Under the pieces are notes generated by a model. The model did not search any database. It worked only from the letters and a program-made list of their open reading frames with translations, and was not told the DNA's origin. 64,000 nt of DNA from Eutreptiella sp. 'Long Island Sound 2002' (taxonomy: Eukaryota; Protista; Euglenida): positions 179,118,001 to 179,182,000 of the forward strand of contig OZ038378.1 in NCBI GenBank assembly GCA_964036045.1. Direction: 5' to 3'. Below are positions 1-12,292 of the stretch, in pieces (the first letter of the stretch is position 1; the number at the start of each line of letters is the position of its first letter). A program made the translations under genes and the position numbers.

Positions 1-420
1 ATCCACACACCTTTTCACCATTTTCAACCGGACTCTTGTCCCCCACTTGTGTTTTTTTTTAATTTGTCCCGTGATTTTTTGAAACTGCAACACTTGTCCA
101 CCCCCCCCCCCCTACCGGGTGAAATTTCGCCTACCGCGGGAGCCCTTTTTCGTGCCCCCCCCCCCCCCCCCCATCCCCCCGTGCCCCCCTCTGGTGGCCA
201 CTTCCTGCACGCCTGCCGGCCCCGATTTGCTCCCCTTTGGCGCCATTGCCATACGTCCCGGCGATCAGCGGGGGTTCCGCCTCGAAGCTCTGTCCTTCAT
301 TTTTTTGGTTCTTCCGCCACTCCAATGTACGGCCCCATGTGGGGAGTGGAATCGTGCTTGTGCCACGGTCCATGATAGTCTGACTTGCCGGTGTCACCAA
401 TTGAGGGGGGGGTGGGGCTC

Positions 421-872
421 GCAAGGGTATTTCAAGGCAAACCGTGTTACCCCCACTGATGCAAAGAAACACAACACGGGCGAAGCTACTTGGGTGATGC
501 AACCACCACAGCCTCGAGCCTTGAGAGTTGAGCACTCTCATAATCCACTGGAGTGACCCAACAAGGGTGTATATACCGCATGTGGCAACACTGCGACCCA
601 TTGGTGAAGGCCCTAAAACAGTGGCCAACACATGTGCACCAAGCGTGCGTGAGTGGTACCATACACAGTCACCGGAAGAAAACATCGTGGGTCTGACAAA
701 GGGACACGACACCTTGTGCACCGCCTCAGAAGAGAGAATATTACAGAATACACACAGGTGACTGATTTGAAGTGATGGGAAAGCAACACAAGAACTTGTG
801 TGTGTGACACATGGGGAACACAACCCAATGCAAAGAAAATCACCTTGCAAAACAGTGAAGTGACGGTCTCCC
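421..872. repeat. Dispersed ~450-bp repeat; second copy at 29482-29922
   Basis: Shared gcaagggtatttcaaggcaaac ... gagagaatat ... gatttgaagt ... acggtctccc. Confidence 0.8.
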
Positions 873-3572
873 TCTCAGGGGGGGGGGTTGCATTGGGGGG
901 GGGGGGGGTGCGTACCAAGAACGTCTCAGCATCTAAATGCCCAAGCCCTGCAGCTCCCATGAAGGCCTCCCCCGTCTGGTTTCCTATTCCTTATTCCACC
1001 AGCAACTCCTGCTCGTGCATCAGCCATTCCCCCCCCCCCGCGCCGCTCCTTGCTTGTGCAACGTCTCAAAGGGTCCGAGGCACCACATACGGAACTTGAG
1101 AAGACGTCTGTCATTGGCCGCTGCCCGGTCCAGCACCACCTTCACACCATCCTGGTCCATGCATTCCGAAATCTCGTCTTGTGGGTGTTAATGAGCACCG
1201 GAGGGGGGGGGGGGGGGCAAAAACAGAAATGTGTCTAGGACAAGAATGCAAAACATATGTTTTTGGCAAAACGTTGGTTTTGACCCTTCCCACCCACCGC
1301 CCAGCCACCCCCCAAAATGGGGTACCTGGGTAGGGTGCCCTGCCCACAAAGCAACACATCAAAGGCATATGACAGGCGAATCTTAAGCGCAAAAGTCTAC
1401 ATTAAACGGTAATTTTGTTTGGGCTCACTACACAAAGATCACAACGATTTTCTCCTTGGATGGCAACATATGCTGAGCTGCTGAGGTTTTCCGGCATCCA
1501 CCTCATGAGCAAAGACTCTTTTTTTTGTGTTCGACTTTCGATGTGTGCGATGTCAACCAGTCGACCAGACGGCTGAAAGTGCCATGAAATTACTCAGGTA
1601 ACATGCTGGAGTCAAGTGCCTCTGAGATTTGACAATGCCAAGCCTCCACAGGGTGAGTGTCTTGGTGAGGTCTGTGCATCTCACATCCACTCAATGGAGT
1701 ACACCATCTAGTACAGCTATCGCTGTCACGCCGGAAGGGCATCAAATACAAGAAAATCGTGGATGCGTGCACCGTTATCCAGTGGCCCACAGTGATCCAC
1801 TTCATGAGCAAAGACTCATGGAGCATTGACATCTGGTCGTCTACCAGCCGCCTCAGGAGTAGAAACACAGGTTTAGCCACATACACTGAGAAAGCAAGTC
1901 CAGATGATACACTACGCCTGTCATTTGCACAGTGGTGCCAAAACGAGTCTGCCAAGCCACATAGACAGCAGATACACTGGGTACAAGAAATAGAAAATAC
2001 ACACGACTATGACACTACCGAGAAGTACTGACATGCAGGACAATACACCAGCCCTGCTGCCTACACTGGCCCATGAGGACTGAGGCATGGAGCGGGCTGG
2101 GTGACCGCCCAAGGCCAAGATTATATTTCAACAGTACTGTTCTTCCACAATGTCCAAATGCCAAGCAAATCATCGCGTAGCATATGCATGCACCCAAAGC
2201 AACCTGGCTGTTTTACCATGGCAACCATAGAGTTGAAAATGTGTATCATGGAGTTGCAGATGTTGTCCGAATTAGGTGCTCTGCTCGGCACACCTCATGG
2301 CACCAGTGGTGCAAACTTCGAAATAGATGATGCAGTGGCATAGCAATCCAGGAAAAGCATGGTCTCAACTAGAGCCCTTTGACTTCTGCAGGTGATGTGA
2401 TCCAGATACCTCCAGATGGCGTCACAAAAGTAATGGATGTCCTGTAGACTTTCCTATCGGCTGTTGTAGTCCTTGGAGGCGCAGTCATTATTCACTCTGC
2501 TACAGTTTGAGAGTCTTTGTTGTACATGTACAAACCACACATTTGAGCCTTGAGCAGTTGAGCATTTGAGCAGCTCTTGTCCATTTTGTCAGTGGGTGGG
2601 TGGGTGGGTGGGGGTGGGGCGGGGGGCAGTAGCAGGATCCATGGTTGGTGCTTCTTTCAACTGGGACAGCAAAGACCATGGCCCCAAAATGAATTCAACA
2701 AATGCTACAAACAGCACTCCAAGGTGGGAAAAGGTGGTGAGAGCATGTGTGCCTGAGGATGGGCGGGGGATAGCACAGGTCACAAAGCGCTCCACACGTT
2801 AATGTCCTGGTAGACATATGCAGCAAGGTTCAGCAATCCATGTGGAAAACATCCTTGGTAATGGCAAGACCCTCATCAGTTGCCCAACGGGGTTTCGGGG
2901 GTGAATCTGCACAGCGCGCACGGTGCACACTTTCTGGGGTAAAATCAGAGATGGCATTGCATCATGAATGTACTCGTTATCAGGTGATTCCCCATCATCA
3001 TCAATCCAATATCCACTTTCTTGCAAAGGACAAGCATGGGTTGAACATGGATGACAAGGGGTAAAATGGGGATGAAAGGGGGTGGCAATGACGCCATCTC
3101 AAAATTTCTCATTGCATGAGCCCGATGTAGGTTGTGCCAAACAACAACAATGCCCCTAATACCACATAATTGGCCTAACATCATAACCCCTACCACCATT
3201 AGCAGAGTAGGATATCTCAGCAATGTTCATGAGGTGAACCCCAATGGAACCACACCCACTCCCTAGTCAGTAGCCCTACTCCTCCAGAAAAATAAACATG
3301 CTCAAATTCCTCAGTGGCAACACATTGTCTCTGAACACGTAGGGCATCCTTTTCCTCATCATAAAGGGCTGTTCCTGTGTGTGTGGGTTGGGGGGGGGGG
3401 GTCTAATATTTGCCCCCAGTTGTTTCAGTAAATGCAATAGTTAGGTCAGGCGCAGAACACAGTAGGACGGGGGGCAACACTAGACTCCTGAGGAGGCTGT
3501 TGGGTCTGGTCATAGTACAACCACCACATCTGTTTGATACCTGGAGGGTGCATCGCACTGCACGTGCACTGC

Positions 3573-5184
3573 GCATGCACCGTGCCCGGTCTCAGACAAA
3601 AACCAGGCCCAATCCTCGTACTCAGTGGTGCTTCGACTCCAGAGCTGCAATCAGCGGGACCAGGATAAGTAAGATCTGCACAGAGCCACGCTTGCATCCT
3701 GCATGTGTGCCATGCGCAAAGTGGGTATTCTTTGCATCAAGGAGGTAGTCACCATTATTGCGTTGTGGCACTCAGGGGATGGGTGAGTGGTCCTGAAACA
3801 GAAAAGTGCCACACAGGACAAATCCTATCCCAGCGGCTGTCCCCCTCAGCTCACCCCTCCCATAGTGGGAATGGGTGCACGGTGTGCACCGTTTGGGGCA
3901 ATTACACAGCTTTCAACCCCCAATTGGATCCTCACAGAAAGGTATTACACGGCAACATTGGCACCCAAAAAACAGCCAAGAAATGGGTATCACATGAGTT
4001 TCTTGCAGTCCGAATTGAATCTGGATTGTACACACCAAAATGATTGATGTACAACAGATAGATAGATATCCAAAGGGGGGGTGTCCTCACTATCCATGGA
4101 AGCATGCGGTTCATCAAGTTCCTGGGGTGTGCCCTGACTATCAGGTTCAGGTTTGGAAGGCGTTTAGGGTGATGGGGATGGGCTCCGAATGTGGAACTCG
4201 AGGTGGTGCAGTGCAGCAGCATCATGAATCACTGCCTTCCCATTCACCTCATAATGTATGCGTAGGTAATCACTAGGGTGTTGTGAGGGACCCAGAATAG
4301 TAGCGGGAAATCACTCATTTGCACTACTGCGGTTGTAGAAGACAGGGGTACTGGCCTGAACCCAAGACAAAGACATTGTGTTGCTGAGCTATTGACCAAG
4401 GGATAGCATGTACAATGCAGTCCTCAAGGCATGCAGAGTGAAATGGGGCACGAGCTCCGCAACACGGCACCTCACCGGGCAACAGCAAGCAAAACAATGG
4501 CGTCAAGTAAATTATCTAAATAAAAAAGATGCACAGTGCGCGCACGGTGTGCGCTGCTCCCCATATAGAAACTAAACAGAGCATAGCTACCAAGAATGAA
4601 GGAGAAAAGCGTCCACTAAATTTGATTCTCTCGAAATCAATATTCCACCAAGTGTCCGCAGAGCGTGCACGTAGCTCAGTTCAGTGGCCGTTGACAGGAC
4701 TCAGTGTGGGCTACGGGTGCTGCATGCACCGTGCCCGGTCTCAGACGAGAACCAGGCCCAAAGGCGTCCCACCTGGTTCCAATCCTCTTACCCGGTGGTG
4801 CTTCGACTCCAGAGCTACAATCAGCAGGACCAGGATAAGTAAGATCTGCACAGAGCCACGCTTGCATCCTGCATGTGTGCCATGCGCAAAGTGGGTATTC
4901 TTTGCATCAAGGAGGTAGTCACCATTATTGCGTTGTGGCACTCAGGGGATGGGTAAGTGGTCCTGAAACAGAAAAGTGCCACACAGGACAAATCCTATCC
5001 CAGCGGCTGTCCCCCTCAGCTCACCCCTCCCATACAGAAACTGAAGCTCTGGATAAGCCAGAGCATAGCTACAGGAATGAAGGAGAAAACGTCCACTAAA
5101 TTTGATTCTCTTGAAATCAATATTCCACCAAGTGTCCGCGGAGCTTGCACGTAGCTCAGTTCAGTGGCCGTTGACAGGCCTCAG
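3573..5184. mobile_element. Split-direct-repeat structure A1-X-B1-A2-B2
   Basis: A at 3573-3864 and 4722-5034; B at ~4560-4704 and ~5030-5184; high identity within each pair. Confidence 0.55.
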
Positions 5185-5474
5185 CGGGGGCTCCGGGTGG
5201 GAGGGTGTCGCGTGCGCACCACGCACGCTGCGTCAATCAAGTATCCTGGGTTTTATGCCATGCTGCTGAACATAGGCCCAGGACTTGAAACAGAGCGGCA
5301 TGGTGACTTGCAGCGCCACATGCGCATCAGGGCTCATGGATGCAGCCAAACACACATGCCCTGGTGCACTATGGGCACCGCACGCACCGTGCGGGCGGCA
5401 CCCTCTGGGGGTTAACTGCCCTTGCCCTCGGTACTGTGGTGAGTATCATGAGAAAAACTTCTGCCCATTTAATC

Positions 5475-5629
5475 TTTTTTTTGGTTCAGACTAAGATGAG
5501 CTGGCGTAGCCTGCTCACTTCACAGTACTCGAGATAAGCTCTCGGGATCGAGGTTCAGAGCTGTCCAGTGCTACGATGATCCCACAATGGTCGTGGTAGC
5601 AGATCTGACACGTAGTGAGGATTAGCTGA
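5475..5629 (-). mobile_element. Short poly(A)-tailed retro-insertion (SINE or 5'-truncated LINE) with 27-bp TSD
   Basis: atgagaaaaacttctgcccatttaatc occurs at 5448-5474 and 5630-5656, with a T8 tract next to the left copy; the 3' end is shared with the 28995 element. Confidence 0.8.
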
Positions 5630-6431
5630 ATGAGAAAAACTTCTGCCCATTTAATCTTTTATTGGGGAGGGGGTGGGGTTAAGGTAGGAGTGCATTCGCA
5701 AGCAAGGGGAATTCAACACGACTCGAGGAAACTTATTGAGGACATATTGTGTGTCAGCTTTACAGGAAACATGCAGGGTTTATGTATTGCGCACGCCAAG
5801 TCTGGGCTGTGTAGCGAGTGTCTGTAGAGAGGCCGTGGGCATGCAACACACACTGGTGTCACTTTCATATCCCCGACCCTCTCCAGTTGCCTGCTGTACT
5901 GGTTGCCCCCGGCTTGGCAGTCAAACCAACCTCTCTGAATCCGCCCACACCAATACCTGTGCTGAATCAACTTTCAATTGACAGAAACACAGGCGGAGAA
6001 ACACAGAAACAAAGCATGGCACACATTGTCATATCCCCTTCAGTGTGCCCAATTTTTGCCAAGCAACAGCTCAAGAACTTGACTGCCAAATACAATACAA
6101 CACGACACACACACCACACAGTAGTGCACATGCCTATTCACGTATGTGAGAGGGTCAGGAACAGAGGAGGGCCCTGAATCCCAGCCCGGCAGCTGTATGT
6201 CAAAAAAGTGCACGCTGGTCCCTCTGTCGATACAACACAATGCTCACTGCAATTTACTGGTTTACAAGGCTAGACAGAAGATTCATTGCCCGGCCAACCT
6301 GAAACATACCATAGCAGCGAGAGGATCTACGAGAACCGGTGGGCACACTTTCGTAAATGTAGAGGAATGAGAGGACTTAGAGGACTCACCTCGAGGACTA
6401 CTTGAAGAGCACAAAGCATTAAAATGGGTGC

Positions 6432-6889
6432 TTACACAATCAACAACAGCACCAACAACAACCAACCAACCAACCAACCACCCAAAGCGGGCACAGTCAA
6501 GCAACTGAACCAGAACGAGAACACGTAGGGCAAAGCAATCATGCCACTTTTGCACCTTTGGGCAAACGGATGCAAGACAGGACACACATGTGCAGAAATC
6601 AACTTCCTGGAACCCACAGACAACAGGTTTTTGTTGGCGCCAGAAAATGGCCAAAAGGGTGTCTCTGCAGTCAGATGCATGCACTGATCCATATGTACGC
6701 TGCTATACTCCAGCACACAATTGGACTTGACTCCAGCACAATCATCTGCGCAAGAAAATCCTGCAAATGGAGCATTTGCGGAGTTTCTGCGTTTATGAGA
6801 GTCATGAGTAACAAATTGTATGGGGCACAAGTGCAGTGTCGAAACGATTTCGAAGAATGCGGGCCATTGCTGTCGCAAACCCACACACC

Positions 6890-6922
<33 letters not shown>

Positions 6923-8134
6923 CTTTCAGCAGAACAAACTCTGACACATTGACCAGCAATCGCGAGAACAGGTCTACGGCCTCCACTGCTGCTTTCCGCA
7001 AGCACGAACTTCCTTGACAGAAAGCTCGTTGCCACAGGGCTGCGGTGCTTGGACACGAGGCCTGCTCATATTATGGGGCGTCGGGTACCCTGTGCCTGCT
7101 AAAAAACACAAATGCTCGACGCTTGTGTCTACACAGCGTTGCATAAACAGCAGGGAAAGCAGATTTATCTGTATGTTTGACGCATTCCGGTACAGGGCAG
7201 GAGCCAAAAAGCTTGATGAGGCTTCCATGTCCGGATTCGTAGTCCAATTCGACAATTCGAATCACACTCTATGCTGGTTAATTTTCACAGCGGCAGCAAA
7301 AAAAAATCATCGCAAATGCTACCACAAGTGTGCCCTGCACGGCTTCAACTGATGTGATTGAGCCTGCGACCGATTCTCAAGTCCGATCTTGAAACCTGGA
7401 GCGGAGAAGTCGCATGCGTGCCGTGATCGCGCCGTGCAGTCCCCTCGTTGTTAGTGCAAACAGGATCTGCTGCACGAAAACAATGATGGAAAATCGAACA
7501 ACGCAGGCTTACGACCCGCATGCAGCCTGACAGTGCATGTGTGATGCAGGATCCCCCACGGCATGCAACGCACTTCCCGGCCCGGGCACTCCAGCACTGA
7601 GTAGGACCCACGCCTGATGTGTCACTGATTCGGACTCACGGCTTTTGTTTGGTGTTCCGCGAGATGGTGGCCCGATTTACTCACTGGTAACCAGCGCACA
7701 TAGACCCAGTTGGTCTGTACAGTCATAAGCTCGTCGCCAAAAGCGCCGCGCAGGTTATGTCCGTCCATGATGCCTGACTGAGTCGCACTCACATCTGATG
7801 CATGACGACTGGGGTCCGGACGGTCAATAGAGGCTCTGGCTCTGGCTGTCCGATACAGTGTAGCAAAGATGGGTAGCAAGCCCAAAGGCCCCTTACTGCT
7901 CTCATGTAAACAGTCAAAATACTGGCAAGCTGCAAACTCCCTACCTGCGGTCTGGTGTGATTTGAACATCAAATCCTTCTTAGGTATCTCCGTGACGTCG
8001 GCGAAAACAACTTTGCACCGTTGCCACCCATCTGGACGGACAGCGATGCGCTGTACCCTGGCCTTGGATGGATGGATGAATGAGAGCATTTCACGGTCTT
8101 TGGTCCTCCGGTTGCTTGTGCCGCTATCAAGCAT
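6432..8134 (-). pseudogene. Degenerate coding region of unknown family (ORF 7622-8134; frame 7265-6432 with one stop and a microsatellite)
   Basis: ORFs 7071-7265 and 6432-7001 share a frame, interrupted by one TAA and a (GT)n tract. Confidence 0.3.
6892..6920. repeat. (CA)n microsatellite
   Basis: Direct reading. Confidence 0.95.
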
Positions 8135-9923
8135 CTCTTAGGATAGACATTTTTCTTCCATGTAGATGCGAAAATGGGAAGCAGGAAAACGCAGACTTGC
8201 GTTGTTTCCCACTCCCTTCACACTATCTGGAGCGGCATTGATATATATGCGCCACACTTGCGACTGAAAGATGTGATACAGGCATGCTACTGTGGCCCAG
8301 CATGCACTGCAATCCTAATGGAAGGGGAGGGGGGTTTGGAACGAGACACACTGTCATATGTCATGGCCAAACTGGCGGACCACACCTACGTTTTGGGAAG
8401 CCCCCTGAACTCAGCTCGAACTGGACGGTCCCCAGAGAGCCTGCTAGGTCCCCATCTTCATCGTTCCTAAAACAATGCGGTTTCCCGAAATCTGGGGAGC
8501 GGAGGCCACACCGTCGGAAATCGACGCCAGATCCGGAGGTTGAATCAGAAGCAACAGCATAAAGTCCCCCCCCGACCCACAGTTCAGGCTCAAAGCGCTT
8601 TGGCTGTCCGCATTTTGCATGATGTCTTATGTGAAGGGAAGGTAGCTTGCACTTGTCTTCAGGTAGGGTAGTTTGGATGACCTAAATGTAGGGGCGTTTG
8701 GAAGGGGTGTGCCTGGGGGCTCTTCGGGGGGGGGGGAACCTAGTTTAAAAGTAGCGTGCAGTGCATGCGCAGTGCAAGGGCGCCCTTTTGCACCCAAAAT
8801 GAATGCCCTCCTATGAGCAGCCCCCCTGAACAGCCATCCCACCCAGGGTCGTACTACATCCTTGTGTTTTGTTCTGCCAGAGAGAACTGGCGTCATTCCA
8901 CCGCCTGGCGCTGCTCTTGCTGATGGCCCGGGCCAGCGGCTTGCTGTGGGTGCCAAATGCTCCCCTGCAAGAGGATGAGACTCAACCCTGTGCTGTAGTT
9001 GTCTCGACAGTGGGGGTTTTCTGGTTTCTAATCAATGCACAGTGCTGTGCTGTGGCATTGCATCCTGACATTGGACGGCATCGCCCTATCTCCATATAAG
9101 AACTGAAGGTTCCATAGCGGGATGAGACACGGCACATAGCACGTCTTTGCCAAGCGTTTGCATCCTAAATGGAATGGGTTTACTTCAGCCCTAAAGGATC
9201 CTAGGGTCTCTGTCCGTCGGAGAATCGGTGGGGTTCTCATAGTGCTCTGGAGCGCTTGCCCATTTAAACAACGGATAAAGAGAGGCATCAAGAAATAAAG
9301 GCGGCGGGGGCTGGCCCCTATGGGCAGGGCATGACCAATGCGGTGTACCCGAAAGTACGTCGGGTGGTCTGCGGGAATGGAATTGCTGTTGATGAAGAGT
9401 TGAGGGGGGTGTAACTCAACGTCCATAAGACATGCTGTGCAATTGTAACAAGAAAGAGGCATGCGTAAAGGTGTTTTTGAGTCCCTGTTCAAGGTCCCAG
9501 CAGCCTCAACAATTCCGTATCAACCCGCTGCAGTGAGCCCGCCATTTGAGGTAGAGGCTTGAGCAGGGGAACGTTCCAGTTTCCAGCCTAACAGGGTGGT
9601 GACACTGCATATCAGAAGCTCTGCCTGACCACATGGTCACAGCGGTTGCATGGTCCTACTGCCAGAGCATGTGCCCAAAAAGCAGCCATCGTCCAATCTT
9701 AAGTGTCCTAGCATTTGCGTGTCCTGGCATTTGCACTGCAGCACACAATCATACTATTCTGCAGTGGATATGAAGCAAGGCTCACTTGAGCAAGGCTAGA
9801 AGATGCAATCAACCATCTGTGGTCAGACGAATGTTTGAGGCGGGTCCAGTGACTAAAGGCATGACGGCGGGCTGTGAGATGGGAAAGCTCGCAGGGGGTA
9901 GCAGTTGTGAGATGGGCAGGCTG

Positions 9924-12292
9924 TCAGCATGTGGGGGTTGTGATATGCCACCCACAGAAATTCTGCTGCGACCCGGCACAGAAATCTCCCGCGCTACAGG
10001 ACGCAGCCAATGGACCCATGTTCGTTTGCACAACATGTTCTCCAGAGTTGTCAGGGCACCCACCTCTGCCATCTTTTACAGCGAAAGTTACGGTTGCACC
10101 CCCTGCAACGGTAAAACACTGGGGCTCATCAAAATCCCAATAACTGGTTGTTGGCCCTCCGTTGAAGCAGGACCTGTCGAAGGATCCATGGGATCTCTTG
10201 CAGCAATACTCTGAGGGGTTCCAGGACATGCAGACCGTCCTAGACCCCCCGTTGCAGGTTCCAAAAGACCATTCCAGACACTCTGACTGCTCTCGACAGG
10301 TGGAAGCGTCGTCTCTGCGCCACCACTGCCACCAACCCCAACCTTGGGCAGCCCTTCGTTCGTTGCAAGTGAGCCGCGGGGATGCGGATGGAGATGGGGA
10401 TGGGGATGGTGATGCTGATGGGGATGGGGATGGAGATGGTGATGGTGAAGGGGATGGGGACTGGGATGCGGATGCCGATGGCGACACGGATGGTGACAGG
10501 GATGCGGATGCGGATGGGGATGCAGATGCAGAAGGAGATGGCGATCGGGATGGAGAGGGGGATGGAGAGGCGGATGGTGATGGGGATGGAGATGCTGACG
10601 GGGATGCGGATGCAGATGGTGAAGGTGATGGAGATGGGGACGCGGACGGGGATGCGGATGGTGATGGGGATGGTGATGGGGATGGCGATGCGGATGGTGA
10701 TGGAGATGGCGATGCGGATGGTGATGGGGATGCAGATGCAGAAGCAGATGGAGATGGGGACGCGGACGGGGATGCGGATGGTGATGGGGATGGTGATGGG
10801 GATGGCGATGCGGATGGTGATGGGGATGGTGATGGGGATGGTGATGGGGATGGCGATGCGGATGGTGATGGGGATGGTGATGGGGATGGCGATGCGGATG
10901 GTGATGGGGATGGCGATGCAGATGGTGATGGGGATGCAGATGCGGAAGGAGATGGAGATGGGGACGCGGACGGGGATGCGGACGCGGATGCGGATGGCGA
11001 TGCGGATGGTGATGCGGATGGTGATGCGGATGGCGATGGGGATGGTGATGGAGATGGCGATGGGGATGGGGATGGTGATGGAGATGGAGATGGTGATGCA
11101 GATGGTGATGCGGATGGCGATGGCGATGAAGATGGCGATGGGGATGGTGATGGGGATGGTGATGGGGATGCAGATGCAGAAGCAGATGGAGATGGGGACG
11201 CGGACGGGGATGCGGATGGTGATGGGGATGGTGATGGGGATGGCGATGCGGATGGTGATGGGGATGGTGATGGGGATGGTGATGGGGATGGCGATGCGGA
11301 TGGTGATGGGGATGGTGATGGGGATGGCGATGCGGATGGTGATGGGGATGGTGATGGGGATGGCGATGCAGATGGTGATGGGGATGCAGATGCGGAAGGA
11401 GATGGAGATGGGGACGCGGACGGGGATGCGGACGCGGATGCGGATGGCGATGCGGATGGTGATGCGGATGGTGATGCGGATGGCGATGGGGATGGTGATG
11501 GGGATGGTGATGGGGATGGCGATGCGGATGGTGATGCAGATGCGGATGGTGAAGGGGATGGTGATGCGGATGGCGATGCCGATGGTGATGCGGATGGTGA
11601 TGGAGATGGTGATGCAGATGGTGATGCGGATGGCGATGCGGATGGTGATGCGGATGGGGATGGGGACGGGGATGCGGATGCGGATGGCGATGCGGAAACA
11701 GATGGTAATGGTGATGGGGACGGAGATGCTGACGGGGATGTAGACGGGGACGCGGATGCAGATGCGGACGGTGATGGGGACGGGGACGGGGAGGGGGACG
11801 GAGATGGTGATGGGGATGGGGATACGGATGCAGATGGTGAAGCAGACGGGGATGCGGATGTGGACGGCGAGGGGGATGCAGATGGGCTTGGAGATGGAGA
11901 CACAGAAGCTGATGGAGACTGCGATGCAGACGGCGACGGGGATGGCGTTGGTGACGGAGACGCGGAGGGGGATTGGGATGGGGACACAGATGGGGATGGC
12001 GATGGGGATGGCGAGGGCAGCGGCGAAGCAGAGGGCGATGCGGAGGGCGATGGCGAGGAGCTTGGGAATCCCTCCGGATACCATGTGACAAGGTTGTCGG
12101 GACCGCCCGCCATAATGGTGACTCCGTTGGGGGAGAAAGAAACACAAGTGAGGGGCCCTGAGCCATAGAACTGGTCCAGCAGCTCGCCGTCCTGCCATTC
12201 GTCTGCCGTGCCCCAGACGTTGACGGCCCGATCCATACCGGAGGATGCCAGTTTCTCGGAATTCGGTGCGAAATCGACACCGGTCACCGGAC
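9924..12292 (-). CDS. Exon 8: WD40 repeats 6-7, Ser-Pro(-Ala) stalk, Cys/Trp-rich C-terminal domain, stop
   Basis: Polypyrimidine tract and ccag| acceptor in phase 1; [28 protein letters not shown]; open frame to the stop. Confidence 0.85.

Noticed and set aside
1500-3300. Transposase (KDZ/Harbinger-like) remnant
   Set aside because: Frames look protein-like but are riddled with stops, and no diagnostic catalytic motif could be identified.
10162-12168. 668-aa Gly-Asp repeat ORF on + (and the His-, Ile- and Met-rich frames)
   Set aside because: These are antisense or shifted readings of the SP repeat; the hexamer repeat lacks stops in every frame. Only the SP frame is continuous with the WD40 and Cys-rich domains.
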